Assembly: GCF_006345805.1 (NCBI RefSeq)
Contig: NC_043002.1
Coordinates: 100,688,001 to 100,752,000 of the forward strand
Direction: 5' to 3'
DNA: 64,000 nt
Source of the DNA: Octopus sinensis
Lineage: Eukaryota
Each line of letters starts with the position of its first letter. The first letter of the stretch is position 1. Below the pieces are notes generated by a model that was not told the DNA's origin, did not search any database, and saw nothing but the letters and a program-made list of their open reading frames with translations. Both the position numbers and the translations under genes were made by a program. Below, one piece after another: positions 51,907-64,000 of the stretch.

Positions 51907-52504
51907 GATATATATAAACATGGATGATATTACACATACATCGGTGCATATCCACAGTTAAGGATCATATATAGGCATGTTTTCGCAATGTAGCCCTAAC
52001 ATTTTATTGATTGCATATGCTGAGGCGCCTCCTTCCACTTAATATATATATATATACTAAATTAATTGAGTCTTAAGAAAAGTTTCGTCAAAATAAGTGA
52101 CACGTGTCTTGACCCAAGAGCAGATGCGTTTGTATTCGTAAACACGACTGTCTATGTCTGTCTCCATTGCTGTCTGCTATGTGTGTGTGTGTGTGTATAT
52201 ATATTGTAATTAGCTATAACGTAAACACTTAAGATATTTATGAAGAAATTACGCTCACATATACACTTATATATAATTTGTCATAAGTTGGTAATTAAAT
52301 AGCTGCTGATATATCTGCAATTCTTATGGGAGATAAAACGAAGCTCCTTAAGCTTATCCACTAAAAATTGATAGTTGTTTTGATAGTCAAATAACGACGG
52401 TTACATTCCACCTGGTGAAATCAGAAGCATAATTATGCAGCAGACAAAAAACACAAATATGGTCCACGAATTAATGGAAACAATGGCACTTTCCTTTATG
52501 TGTT

Positions 52505-54065
52505 CCACCTCAAAGTTTGCGGCCATGTTTGAGCGCCACCATTATCATCATATTTACAATGCCCGTTGGCTTTTGATGAATGAGGGTGTGCTCTGCCGCA
52601 GTATAGGTTTACCCATAGGCAGAAGGTCAAGTGCTTCGTGAAAACATCTATTCTCGCTCCATGTAGATACCTCAGATTCTTTTGGCAAGATATTAAATAT
52701 TTGTGGGGCCTTGAATCCCGAGCTATTGCAATATCTGGTCTTTACTCGAGGTAGGGAGTAGGAACTTTTGGTATTTTGTCGTGACATCTTGTTTGGAGAT
52801 TGATATACCTCCCGTTGACAAAGTTTAGTATTAGCTCCTCCAGAATCTTCCCAATGTAATCTATCTAACCTTCGATCCAAGGAATAAAGTCATAATCCTT
52901 TCAGCCTCTCTCTATTTGATCAATCTTCTTCCTAAAGCACCATTGAATTGTTTCATATTACACTATTAGACACTATGGGGTGACCACACTTGAGAGTAGT
53001 ATTCTAGACGGCTAAGGGCAAACTTCCTCCATTGGACCAGCATAATTTCCTGGTCTTTTGCTTTGAAAGTTCTCAAGATCCATCTCTCCATTCACCTACA
53101 CACTGACGCCACCACGGTGATATATATGCATGGAAAGAAGTAAAGTTGCCCAGAAACTGATTTCGACTCTGAGATTGCCTGGCTCTGAGATCTGGTCTGA
53201 AAAATCTTTACCGCAGAGTGTTTGCACAAGCTTGCCGATTGCAGATGTCTTGACATTTTCCTGCATTAAATTAGATGTAGTTTCCTCCATCCCATATATA
53301 TATATGTATATATGGCTTCTAGATTTTTCCGTAGAAAAATTATCATCAAGCGGATTCTTGACTGTGCTATTTTTGTATTATAAGCATAACTAATGAGAGA
53401 AACAGCCTCTATAATCGATAGTTTGTTCGAGAGGACCACGATAGGCTGAAGTGGCATCGAAGCAGCTCCCTGAACCAGTCCACTCACTGTTAATGCGTCC
53501 TTGGAGAGGGGCCCCATTGTCTGCTACAGATTGGCTTGTAACAGGTCATATAACCATTCTCTCAGATTTCCTATTATGCCGATTTCACGCAGTTTGGTGT
53601 ATATCAACTCGTGATCAATCTCATTGAAGGCCTTTGCGAAATCGAGATGTATCACATCCACATTTGAGCGATTTATAAGCTGTTTCAATATCCAGTCATA
53701 ACGCTTCAGAAGTTTTGTAAGGTAGATTCTTTGTAGGTGTCAGAAAGCAAATCATTCTCTTCTAGGAACGTGACCAGCTTCTGCTGACTATTCTTTCCAT
53801 AACTTCACTGATAAGTGAGGTCAGAAAGACAAGTCTGTAATATTTTGGCATCTGCTTTACTTCCTCCTTTATGGATACGAAATATTATGCCACTCTGACA
53901 AGTTCGCCGTTTGTAAGGACGCTTTGGAAGAAAATCTGGAATCCTTTTGCTTAGGTCCATTTGCATTTTTTTTTCTTTTTAGGAAGGTTACTGGAAATTC
54001 CTCAGGGCAAATAGATGAGTTTAAGATCATTTCATCAATGGCTGATATTACATCAGTTTCTTTTA
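52505..54065 (-). mobile_element. Older copy of a related CR1/L2-like LINE (RT to 3' end)
   Basis: DVIHLDFAKAF, FKAPQIFNILPK and a 3' end ggtggcgctcaaacatggccgc similar to the 45.5 kb element; abutted by a Helitron at 54073. Confidence 0.8.
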
Positions 54066-54072
54066 TCTTTTA

Positions 54073-54470
54073 CTAGCAGTATTGCCCGGCGTTGCTCGGG
54101 TTTGTAAGGGAAATAACTATATAAGCATTTTTAGAGATGTAAAGTATAATAGCCTTCTCAATATGGCTAACCACAAGGGGGTGGGGTGTTACTGTAGCTT
54201 TTTACGTTCTGAGATTTAATAATAAATTTTTAGAGAGTTACTTCCCTTATATATGCCAAAAGTGCATTAAAAATGGGAAAAATTGATGGTAATTTTTTTT
54301 TAAAATCGTAGACTCATCGTAGACGCGCGCTAATACCCAGAAGGGCTCGATATGAATCACGACAATAAGATACCCGGGTTTGGTTACACTGCACCGCAAA
54401 ATGTGAGAGTAGTTAGGAATCTAAATCGTAGGAGACAGACAGCACACAACCTCACTTTTATATATAAAGA
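54073..54470 (-). mobile_element. Non-autonomous Helitron-type element, copy 3 (internal variant)
   Basis: Same termini; different internal segment at about 54136-54225. Confidence 0.88.
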
Positions 54471-54659
54471 TTAAGATAGTTACCATTCCCTTCAAATCCC
54501 AATAAACACAACATTATAATCAATAAAAGTAACTTGACATCAATGTCTCAATATATGAGGTTACATAAAAATATGCAAGTCAACGATGGTACGGTAATAT
54601 AGGCATTTGCAATAATCATACCAAACACTTGCGGGAAAATAGATGCAGTATATAGACAT

Positions 54660-54968
54660 TGGAGGCACAGCGGTCTCACTGTCGAAGGATCACGGGTTCG
54701 AATCTCAGACCGGGCGATGTGTGTGTGTTTATGAGCGAAACATCTAAGCTCCACGCTTCTCCGGCAGAAGGTAATGGCGAAACTTCTGCTGACTCTTTCG
54801 CCACAACTTTCTCTCACTCTTTCCTCCTGCATCTTGCAGCTCACCTGTGATGGACCGGCGTCCCATCCAGGTGGGGAACCTATATAACCAATGAAATCGG
54901 GAAACCAGCCCTTATGAGCCAGGCTTGACTCGAGCAGGAACAAACAACAACAACAACAACAACAACAA
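54660..54968 (+). mobile_element. tRNA-derived SINE (head X, V-domain-like 3' part, (CAA)n tail)
   Basis: Shares its 5'/central block with the 12397 SINE, then cctgtgatggaccggcgtcccatccagg and (CAA)n. Confidence 0.75.
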
Positions 54969-56089
54969 AATAACAGCATATATACATAGCAAAAAAAAAA
55001 CAACAAAAAAATAAAATGTGGACTACACAATAACATCTTGAGTATAAATGACAAGGTGGTTTCCACATATTTTCTTTTATAAAAGAAAATTCAATCGTTT
55101 TTTTTCTTTCAAACATATCCATTTGTTAGTTTCGTTTGAAGTATAAGCGAGATAATTTTTTTCCTGCTATAAACAGTGGAATATGTTGTGATTTATTCTG
55201 CCATGTGAAACGTATTTAGAGTAGTTTTCCTGGAAAAAAAAATTAAGAAAACCAGCGTAGTCGCACGAACTATAGAAATATGAATGATGTATCCCTTAAA
55301 TTACAACCTTTTTTCGGAGGTTCTTTATCTTTTTCACTTCCTGGTACATAGGAGATGAAATAAAATAAATTTCCGGTGTATTTCATGTGGAACGATAAAC
55401 CCCGCTTAATATTTAGAAAAATATATAAAGCAATCACTTACTATGTTTTACTAATTCTTTCTACACAAGGCCTGAAAATTTGGGTGGGTGAGAGGTTCTA
55501 GTCAATTACAACGCACCCCAGTGCTCAACTGATAATTATGAACGCTATCAACCAAATAGGTTGAAAGGCGAAGTCATCCTTAGTGGAATCACAATGTAAA
55601 GTGAAGAATTGTTACCGAGAATTCTGTCTCTAGTGTTAACTATTCTGCCAGCTCGCCGTCTTCATGTTTTATTAATAATATTTTATTAATGACACATAAA
55701 TCATAGATGTGAGTAACGTTTTTTTTTTTTTTCATGTCAGACAAGCATTTGTATGGATCTTTTAAAACCTCAAGTTATATTACAATTCAAAAATCGAGGT
55801 GCACCTAGATACCCTTTGTGAATCATTTGGGAATCACTATTTAAAAGAAAAAAGGTAAAAACGCAAAAAGAAAAATACATAATAAAACAACTACGGTCAC
55901 AATCGATGATGAGATCAATTTTAAATTAACAAAACCAGATGAGGTTGGAAACAAAAACACAGAAACTTATACACATGAAACTTGGTCTAACTTCCCACAA
56001 GACTTATCACAAGACTTCTTCACACGTACTTATTTTAACGTGAGGGCGAGAGAGAAGTAAAAGAGACAAACGTTATATAGCCCAAGAAT

Positions 56090-56650
56090 ATATTCTTTCT
56101 CGTATAGGCACAAAGCCCGAAATTTTGGGGGACGGGGCCAGTCGATTAGATCGACCTCAGTACACAACTGGTACTTAATTTATCGACCCCGAAAGGATGA
56201 CAGACAAAGTCGATTTCGGTGGAATTTGAACTCAGAACGTAACGACAGTCGAAATACCTATTTCTTTACTATCCACAAGGGGCTAAACACAGAGAGGACA
56301 AACAAGGACAGACAAACGGATTAAGTTGATTATATCTACCCCAGTGCGTAACTGGTACTTATTTAATCGACCCCGAGAGGATGAAAGGCAAAGTTGACCT
56401 CGGCGGAATTTGAACTCAGAATGTATCGACCAACGAAATACCGCTAATCATTTCGCCCGGTGTGCTAAAGTTTCTGCCAGCTCGCCGCCTTAGGCCAAGA
56501 ATATATTCATTTCTACACTAGGTACAAGACCCAAAACTTTTGGAGAGGGGGCCGGTCGATTAGATCGACCCCAGTACGCAACCGGTACTTAATTTATCGA
56601 CTCTGAAAGGATGAAAGGCCAAGTCAACCTTGATGGAATTTGAACTCAAG
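56090..56650 (-). mobile_element. Family M dimer plus an adjacent partial copy
   Basis: Same dimer junction; direct repeat gcccaagaatatattc / ggccaagaatatattc at about 56080 and 56493. Confidence 0.85.
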
Positions 56651-56971
56651 TTCAAGAATAGTCTGATATGTGTGCTACTACTCTTTTTGATCCACCATTA
56701 TTGTGGTAATTATATAAATTACATATAATTTACATAAAAGGATGTATAAATTTGACTGGCAACTGTTGGTATTGCCACCTATAGTCACGTTCGAAGTAAA
56801 AGAGGAAAAGAAAGAGAATTTACTAAGAAATAGATGGGAGGCTGAAGTTTCGCTTAAAGAAGAGAAAACTGCTCAGTGTTTATAATTAAATTTTGTTTTT
56901 TGCTTTATCATTGTTATGCGCGGCCTTTTTCTTATGGGTGAGAGAACATACGAAATAGCATTTCCAAAATC

Positions 56972-57372
56972 TCTCTTTTACTCTTTTACTTGTTTCAGTC
57001 ATTTGACTGCGGCCATGCTGGAGCACCGCCTTTAGTCGAGCAAATCGACCCCGGGACTTATTCTTTGTAAGCCCAGTACTTATTCTATCGGTTTCTTTTG
57101 CCGAACCGCTAAGTTACGGGGACGTAAACACACCAGCATCGGCTGTCAAGCAATGCTAGGGGGACAAACACAGACACACAAACACACACACACATACATA
57201 TATATATATACATATATACGACAGGCTTCTTTCAGTTTCCGTCTACCAAATCCACTCACAAAGCATCGGTCGGCCCGGGGCTATAGCAGAAGACACTTGC
57301 CCAAGATGCCACGCAGTGGGACTGAACCCGGAACCATGTGGTTGGTTAGCAAGCTACTTACCACACAACCAT
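56972..57372 (-). mobile_element. SINE family T
   Basis: Same body and tail as the other family T copies. Confidence 0.9.
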
Positions 57373-57812
57373 TTTTTCTCATTTTGATGTAAAAATTCTA
57401 TATTCTTATTCCAATGGTCGCGACTTAATTGTGTTTCGCAATGCCGTGACATGAACCTCTTCCCTTCTTTCCCTCTTGCTTTGGTATGTTCCCACTTTCA
57501 CGTTATGTGTCTCTACCAATAACAATGTAGCTGAATATTCTTCCCTGTCATTAGGGTGCACAACACCTGATGGAGACCAGTGTTCAGCTAGAGAGCTGTG
57601 ATCAAGAAAGCCTACCCAGTGTTGTGCAACAAAATTGGAGGTAACTGAAATATATCCATAAACCTTCTCTTTGCTCAGTCCATTAGGTTTTGAACCCTCG
57701 CGGGAGGCATACGGGGCGTGCCATCTTGAAACACTTCATACTGCAGATCCCGGCACCATAGCGAAGAATTCTCTCAATTCATGCACTGAAGAAGGCCAGC
57801 CTTGTTCAATTT

Positions 57813-58230
57813 ACTCTCTTTTACTCTTTACTCTTTTACTTGTTTCAGTCATTTAACTGTGGCCATGCTGGAGCACCGCCATTAGTCGAGCAAATCGACC
57901 CCAGGACTTATTCTTTGTAAGTCTGGTACTTATTCTAGCAGTCTCTTTTGCCAAACCGCTAAGTTACGGGGACGTAAACACACCAGCATCAGTTGTCAAG
58001 CGATGTTGGGGGAACAAACACAGACACACAAACATATACACACACATACATATACATATATATACGACGGTCTTCTTTCAGTTTCCGTCTACCAAATCCA
58101 CTCACAAGGCTTTAAGTCGGCCCGAAGCTATAGTAGAAGACACTTGCCCAAGGTGCCACGCAGTGGGACTGAACCCGGAACCATGTGGTTCGTAAGCTAT
58201 CTACTTACCACACAGCTACTCGTACGCCTA
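57813..58230 (-). mobile_element. SINE family T, full length
   Basis: Same body; (TAAAAGAG)n tail. Confidence 0.9.
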
Positions 58231-58709
58231 TATATTGAAATATATTGCCAGTATTTCAAAATATATGTAAGGACAGATAAATTATCTTTAATGATATGTA
58301 AATATCAAGACATATACAAGTCTCTATAAGACTACATAATATAAAGAGATATAAAGGGATATATAGATAACATTAATTTTCGGAGAAAGACAATGAGTGG
58401 TTTGTCAGATTTTTTAATAACTAAAAAGGAAGGACTGTGCCTACGAGCCGTCTGTCTTTTCTTCTTTTCTTTTAATATATATCTTCGTTCTAAGATTGGC
58501 TGGAGGTAGGAAAGATGTTATCAGCCGACCGGAGACCTTGACAGAAGGCTTGCAATTGAAGAGACTCAGTGAAAGACACTCTGTGTCTAGATGGCGGTAG
58601 TGGCGGTGGTGTTAAACCGGTGAGCAAGATTAAGCTTTCTCAATAAGTTGGTGTGTAATAAATATATTTTGACATTACGGTACCAGAACTGTCACATCGT
58701 GAAGCTTGG

Positions 58710-58791
<82 letters not shown>

Positions 58792-59156
58792 ATATGAGAG
58801 TGCGTATAGAAACAGAGGGAATCATACACGTGGAAAGAAGGAAGAGATACGGATGGAAAAATGGATTGTTTTAATCCAGTCGTTTGCCGGAACTCTATCA
58901 AAATTAACATATTTTTGTGACGTTTTTATATTAAATATTTAATATGAAAGTCTTTTTTTTTTCGGAAAGACGTGTTCTGGGTACGATTGATTAAATTATG
59001 AAGATGCTTAGAGTTATGAAGGGCTCTAGAGCGTGGTTTATTTAATAAATCCATTTCACACACAAAAATGCACATAAATAGTGATATAGACACAGCTCTC
59101 GCCCTCCATCCCAATTGCGCTCTCTCCCACTTTCTTCTTCTCCCTCTCTCTCTCCA

Positions 59157-59229
<73 letters not shown>

Positions 59230-59411
59230 GAGTGATTATATGAATGTGTGTGTATATGTGAATGTATGCGTATGAATGAGTTCATGTATGTGTGTGTATA
59301 TATATATATATATTTGTGCGTGTATATGTGTCTAAATATGCGTGTATGTGTGTATGTGTATATGTTCATGCATATAAATATGCGCTCTTGTATGTATGTG
59401 TACGAGAGAGA

Positions 59412-59443
<32 letters not shown>

Positions 59444-59904
59444 AAGAAAGAGAGAGAGAGAGAGAGAGGAGAGAGGAGAGAGAGAGATCACATATGGGCA
59501 TATGTGTATAAACACACCTTCGTGTGTTTGGGCATAGTTACATTAAATGTGTCAATATACAAAAAAATCGAGTAATATTTCAGCTGCTAAATACCTTCCG
59601 GAAAAATAACTGCATCAATGAAAGATAAATTGGTGATTAACTTATTAAATCTCTCTTTATCCGGCTCTTTATGGTGATTTTTCACTGAATTTCTAGAATG
59701 CCTGAGTGTGTGTATTTATGAGAGTGATTGATTAGGTATTTTATAATTAACACACACAGACACCTATTAGACACACGCACCACACCCTCACTTATATATC
59801 TGTTCGTGCATTGACACACACACACATATACATACACACACAATCGTAAATCTACGCCCAAGTACATATATATACATACGTTAATGCTAATATGTATAGA
59901 TCAA

Positions 59905-59939
<35 letters not shown>

Positions 59940-60005
59940 GTACAAAGACAGATCAATACATATATGCACACACGCACGCAGATCGATATATATATATACA
60001 TACAT

Positions 60006-60038
<33 letters not shown>

Positions 60039-60401
60039 CATACACACACACACACACCACCACACGCACACACACACACATATATATATATAGTTTTGGG
60101 GCTGTCTACATGATTTGAATGCATAATTTAGGGAAGAACGTGTGTGTGTGTGTATACACACATATACACACATATACGGTTGAGGGTGGGAGGAGGGAGA
60201 GAGATAATGGTATGGGAATCACAGTCGATTTCATTAATGAGTTGTTGAATGAGAATGAGATAGATAGACAGATAGAACAGCGATAGAGAGGGAGGGATAG
60301 TATGAGGTGAAAAAGGCTGTAGGCACGTATATATATTAACGTTTATCTGCTAAGGTGCGTTTATAAATATCTGTATGACTGCGTATATGACATTGTGCCT
60401 A

Positions 60402-60441
<40 letters not shown>

Positions 60442-60858
60442 GTGTGTGTTTGCGCGTGCTTCCGTACATGCAACCGCCACACTCACAGATGTATGCATAA
60501 CCCACACGCGTGACTAATTGGATGGTGGGTATAATATATTCGCAGCGAAAGGTGCTCTACTTATTTCAGTGGTTGGACAACGTAGAACCCTGTGTGTCGC
60601 ACTGTTCCCACCCATCCAGACCCACACATACACACTTCTAACCCATGTACACACACACACACACAACACACACAACACACACACACACACACACACAAAT
60701 CTGTATATCTGTATTTGGATATACACCTATAGTTTGTGCACAAAAAGATTACATGTGCGCATATTATATACATATATATATATACATATATATATATATA
60801 TGTCTATATATCATTATATATATATACATATATATATATACATAATATATATCATATA

Positions 60859-60903
<45 letters not shown>

Positions 60904-61866
60904 ATATATATAAAAACGCACAAAAGAAATATACATGTATAGTATGTGGACTATATATATATATATATATATAGATATATATATATATATACATGCTGAT
61001 CGTATATACAAATGTTTTGCACACAAATGAAATACATACATATTTCATACGGAACACAAAGATATATACACACATATACAAACATACATACACACCTAGA
61101 TATTCTATGTATTTACGTGTGTGTGTGTGTGTACGTATCTGTATACATATGACGCTGACTCATAACCACAGCTTTCCTGATTTCACGGACCGCCACCCTA
61201 CCCCTGTAACCACACCTTCCTCCGCCGTAACAAATTTCCTTCCACCATTTCATCCGAAAGAAAAGAAAAGCAATAAAACCCACAAAGACATATAAAAAAA
61301 AATAACCTCGATAGAAACACTAAAAAAAAAGAAAGAGAAATACATAAATATAAATATATATCGGTAAAGAAGAATGAAAAAAAAATGGCGAGAAAAGAGA
61401 ACGAAAGTAAGTGGAGAGAGTGTAAAAGATGGTAAACTAAGAAATTTGGCAAAATGAAGCATTGCAGGAACGTGGATAGATCGATAAGAATGTAGGCGAA
61501 TGGGGTTCGGTTGAAAAAGAATAATATGATAACGACTAAAGCGACCTGATATGTTCCTTGCCGAAGACTTAGAAAGTTGAAAAGTCCAACGATATGGCGG
61601 CCATTCTCTCCCGGTATTTTATGAAAAGTTTCTACAAATATTTTTCTGTTTTCTTTTCATATTAGCTCCAGATTGTACTGTCTTCGCTTGGTGTCATCGG
61701 ATTGGAATCGTCGGATTTGATGGGTGGGGGAGGGGAAGGGGTATTATTTTTCTTTCTCCTTGTCTGGTTTTGATGTAACTCATTCTTTTCCTCGTCATCT
61801 CTTTTTCTGTTTCTTTTCTTTTTTAAATTTCTTTCGTCTTCTTCGTCGTTTTCTTCTTCTTCTTTT

Positions 61867-61897
<31 letters not shown>

Positions 61898-62166
61898 ATC
61901 TTCTTCTTCTTCTTCTTCTTCTTCACCTCCTCCTCCTCCTCTCCTCCTCCTGCTCCTGCTGCTCCTCCTCCTTGTTGTTGTTGTTGTTGTTGTTGTGTTG
62001 TTGTTGTTATTCTTCTTCTTCTTCTTCTCCTTCTATTGTTACTATTACTGTTATTACTGCAACTATTATTTCTTCAGCTGTAGGTCGGCTATGATCAACG
62101 AGATCTAATCCTAATCCACCCAGCTGATTAGCCCAGGTTTTTGTTTCGTTTTGTATATAATGTAAT

Positions 62167-62356
62167 AGGCGTAGGAGTGGTTGTGTGGTAAGTAGCTTGC
62201 TTTCCAACCACATGGTTCCGGGTTCACTCCCACTGCGTGGCACCTTGGGCAAGTGTCTTCTACTATAGCCTCGGGCCGACCAAAGCCTTGTGAGTGGATT
62301 TGGTAGACGGAAACTGAAAGAAGCCCGTCGTATATATGTATATATATATATATGTG

Positions 62357-62389
<33 letters not shown>

Positions 62390-62592
62390 TTATGTGTTTG
62401 TGTCTGTCGCCCCATATCGCTTGACAATCGATGCTGGTGTGTTTACGTCCCCGTAACTTAGTGGTTCAGCAAAAGACCGATAGAATAAGTAATAGGCTTA
62501 CAAAGAATAAGTCCTAGAGTCGATTTGCTCGGCTAAATGCGGTGCCCCAGCATGGCCACAGTCAAATGACTGAAACAAGTAAAAGTGAGAGT
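62167..62592 (+). mobile_element. SINE family T, full length
   Basis: Head, internal microsatellite and tail all present. Confidence 0.9.
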
Positions 62593-63000
62593 AAATGTTC
62601 TTAAAAACAAAGTTTAAGATGAGATTGATTTGGCTGTTATTTCTAGTAGTTTGAATGAACACCTTAGAGACCTCCTTGGACAACAGTTTAGCCCCAAATT
62701 AACTCTCTATTAAAGACGTGGAAGTCTTGGCCAGCTATTAATGTAATTAATGTTGTTACAGTTGTTGTTGCTTTTGTTCTTGTTGCCCTTGTCCTCGCTG
62801 TTTTTGTGGTTATTGTTGTAGTCAGATCTGACCGAACAATCCTATAGCAGCAAGTAGTAATTAGAAAGATTAGATGCTACCTGTCATCATCACTAACGTA
62901 ATTACAAATCAGTCTTTTCATTTATACCAAGTCTACTTCTCTGAACGCTATACTTCCGCATGCCGACAAGCTGTGCGACAGCCTGAGCATGTTGCAGCCT

Positions 63001-63385
63001 CTCTACACTCCAGTCTGTTTATGTATGTCTGCAGATTATAGTGGTGGCAAAAGTGGGCCAGGTAGACTCGGTCAGAGGGCGAAAGTTAAAAGTTCTCTGC
63101 GTCCTTCTGCTCCTACTGTTGGAGCTATGCATCCTATCATAATGGTCGACGCTAATAGGGCTATTGATGTTGCTGTTATTTCTCTCTCTATCTACAGTCC
63201 AGTCTGTTTATGCATGTCTGCAGATTACGGTGATGGGGGAAGTGGGCTAAGTAGACTTAGTTAGAGCACAAAAGTTTAAGGTTCCCTGCGTCCTTCTGCT
63301 CCTTCTGTTGGTGCTATGCATTCTATGATAATGGCCAATGCTAATAAGCTATTGATGCTGCAGTTAATTCTTCCTCTATCTACAT
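63001..63385. repeat. Diverged tandem duplication, period about 189 bp
   Basis: tccagtctgtttatg(t/c)atgtctgcagatta and ctgcgtccttctgctcct each occur twice. Confidence 0.85.
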
Positions 63386-63614
63386 GTGTTCTCTTCACAC
63401 GTGTCTAGCTAAATGAAAGCAGCGCCATCTTAAGGCGAAGACTCACTGTGCAATTCTGGAAGGGCTCCAGTGTTAATCTATATATACTGTGACTTGCTGT
63501 CAATACTACAGGCCTATATTGTTTTGTAAGCGCCCCTGTGATAATAAGATGGCCCAGATTGAAAGGAATATGTTTTTGTAAGATGTCGTCGTTGTAGTGG
63601 TGTTAAGGAGTGTT

Positions 63615-63985
63615 GTATTGGGTTGACATCCTCGAATATTACATCCATAACTCAAACCCATATCTCCAGAAAGACATTCAGCACCTGGAATGGGTTCAGC
63701 ACTTGGCCACCCGAATGGGCGCGGGCTTGTCTAAACTTGCGTAAGAGGAACAGCTCCGACGGCTGGCATTGCCTTCACTCAAACGACTGAGGATGCAGGG
63801 AGATCTCATCCGACTTTCAACATCTTCAACAGACATGTAAACCAACTATTTGCGGAGATTTTCACCCCTGCATCGGATAGAGGTCTTCGTGGGCATGATC
63901 GCAAACTCTATCCCCGACACTTTCGTTTCAATAGGCGGAAAGCCGCATTCTCTGTCCGTATTGCAGCCCCGTGCATAATCCAAGC
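63615..63985 (+). mobile_element. CR1-like LINE C-terminal fragment
   Basis: Translates as NPYLQKDIQHLEWVQHLATRM...LPSLKRLRMQGDLI...RGLRGHDRKL...RKAAFSVRI. Confidence 0.75.
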
Positions 63986-64000
63986 GAATTATTTGATCCC

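Noticed and set aside
57560-57810. CTGATGG and CTGAAGA half-motifs
   Set aside because: No matching GAAA-UH and stem I found at a suitable distance

Overview
Repeat-dense, AT-rich animal genomic DNA. The SINE families, the extreme (TA)n/(ATGT)n/(GATA)n load and the 5S sequence suggest a cephalopod (Octopus-like); this is inference. Only one credible host protein-coding gene is present: a rhodopsin-class GPCR with an intronless CDS (14557-15651, +). The window also holds a degenerate tRNA-Asp(GTC) copy, a full-length but substituted 5S rRNA copy, decayed LINEs (Tx1/L1-like, three CR1/L2-like, one R4/Dong-like), a Penelope GIY-YIG fragment, four Helitron-type non-autonomous elements, hAT- and mariner-type MITEs, and dozens of tRNA-derived SINEs. 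Nearly all other listed ORFs are microsatellite read-through. The most notable hidden signal is a set of Penelope-type minimal hammerhead ribozyme folds. One of them sits in a TSD-bounded composite element (40936-41648) that joins a tRNA-like Pol III head to a hammerhead-bearing Penelope-type tail and has an inverted tail copy at its 5' end. A second SINE family shows tail-microhomology targeting and appears to insert repeatedly into its own copies. All alignments and folds were done by eye, and repeat boundaries are approximate unless a TSD is given.
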